Origin: Candidatus Parcubacteria bacterium | GTDB taxonomy: Bacteria; Patescibacteriota; Minisyncoccia; Sungbacterales; SURF-37 | DNA: 64,000 bases | Direction: 5' to 3' | NCBI GenBank assembly: GCA_003599755.1 | Contig: QZJO01000009.1 | Location: forward strand, 150,362-214,361 | Made by a program: the position numbers and the translations under genes | The notes under the pieces: generated by a model | Database searches by the model: none | What the model was told of the DNA's origin: nothing | Seen by the model: only the letters and a program-made list of their open reading frames with translations | In this document: piece after piece, positions 63,953 to 64,000 of the stretch | Layout: the number at the start of each line of letters is the position of its first letter | Position numbering within the stretch: the stretch's first letter is position 1

Positions 63953-64000
63953 ATACAGTGACGAAAATAATCAGTCGTCTACCGCCTCTACGCGCCGCAC

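Noticed and set aside
1-64000. Search for CRISPR arrays, tRNA/rRNA genes, transposases or integrases
   Set aside because: No spaced direct-repeat arrays, no tRNA T-loop/acceptor patterns in the few intergenic gaps, and no transposase or integrase-like ORFs were seen; nothing to report.

Overview
High-GC bacterial sequence, roughly 65% G+C judging from counted segments, and almost every codon is filled. No rRNA, tRNA, CRISPR array or transposase was recognised. Positions 1-48425 hold one co-directional (minus-strand) cell-surface glycan biosynthesis super-locus of about 40 tightly packed genes, many joined by ATGA stop/start overlaps. Its contents are: two paralogous nonulosonic-acid (sialic-acid-like) modules (NeuA/NeuB twice, a NeuC-like 2-epimerase and a MurG/PseG-like GT-B); four TagF-family (Glyphos_transf) paralogs in two tandem pairs; three Dpm1-like GT2 polyprenyl-phosphate sugar synthases, one of them fused to a GT-C domain; three ArnT/PMT-like GT-C membrane transferases; seven GT4 genes, one with tandem domains; an SQD1-like UDP-sulfoquinovose-synthase homolog with its own SD (and a weak candidate promoter) and a terminator on each side; a DegT-family protein with His at the PLP-lysine position (ColD/E1-like 3-dehydratase signature); a sugar N-formyltransferase; an AsnB/PseA-like amidotransferase; several SAM methyltransferases including a TylF-type O-methyltransferase; a Wzx-like flippase; and a lamin-tail/PKD surface protein. 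No initiating phosphoglycosyltransferase or Wzy-like polymerase was recognised. Downstream are another ArnT/PMT-like GT-C and two secreted proteins with the same N-terminal architecture (signal peptide, coiled coil, PG_binding_1 domain), one of them a 1236-aa Ser/Thr-rich giant; these are plausible glycosylation targets. A ~1-kb non-coding region upstream of the giant gene carries two perfect DnaA boxes (TGTGGATAA) next to a ~30% G+C island with five copies of a TATCGGACAT-like 10-mer (candidate origin, iteron array or regulatory region). After that come a small trio of HTH genes, clpB (promoter with an inverted repeat over the -10) and an htrA/degP-like protease. Calls rest on recognisable motifs read directly from the translations; no database searches were run.
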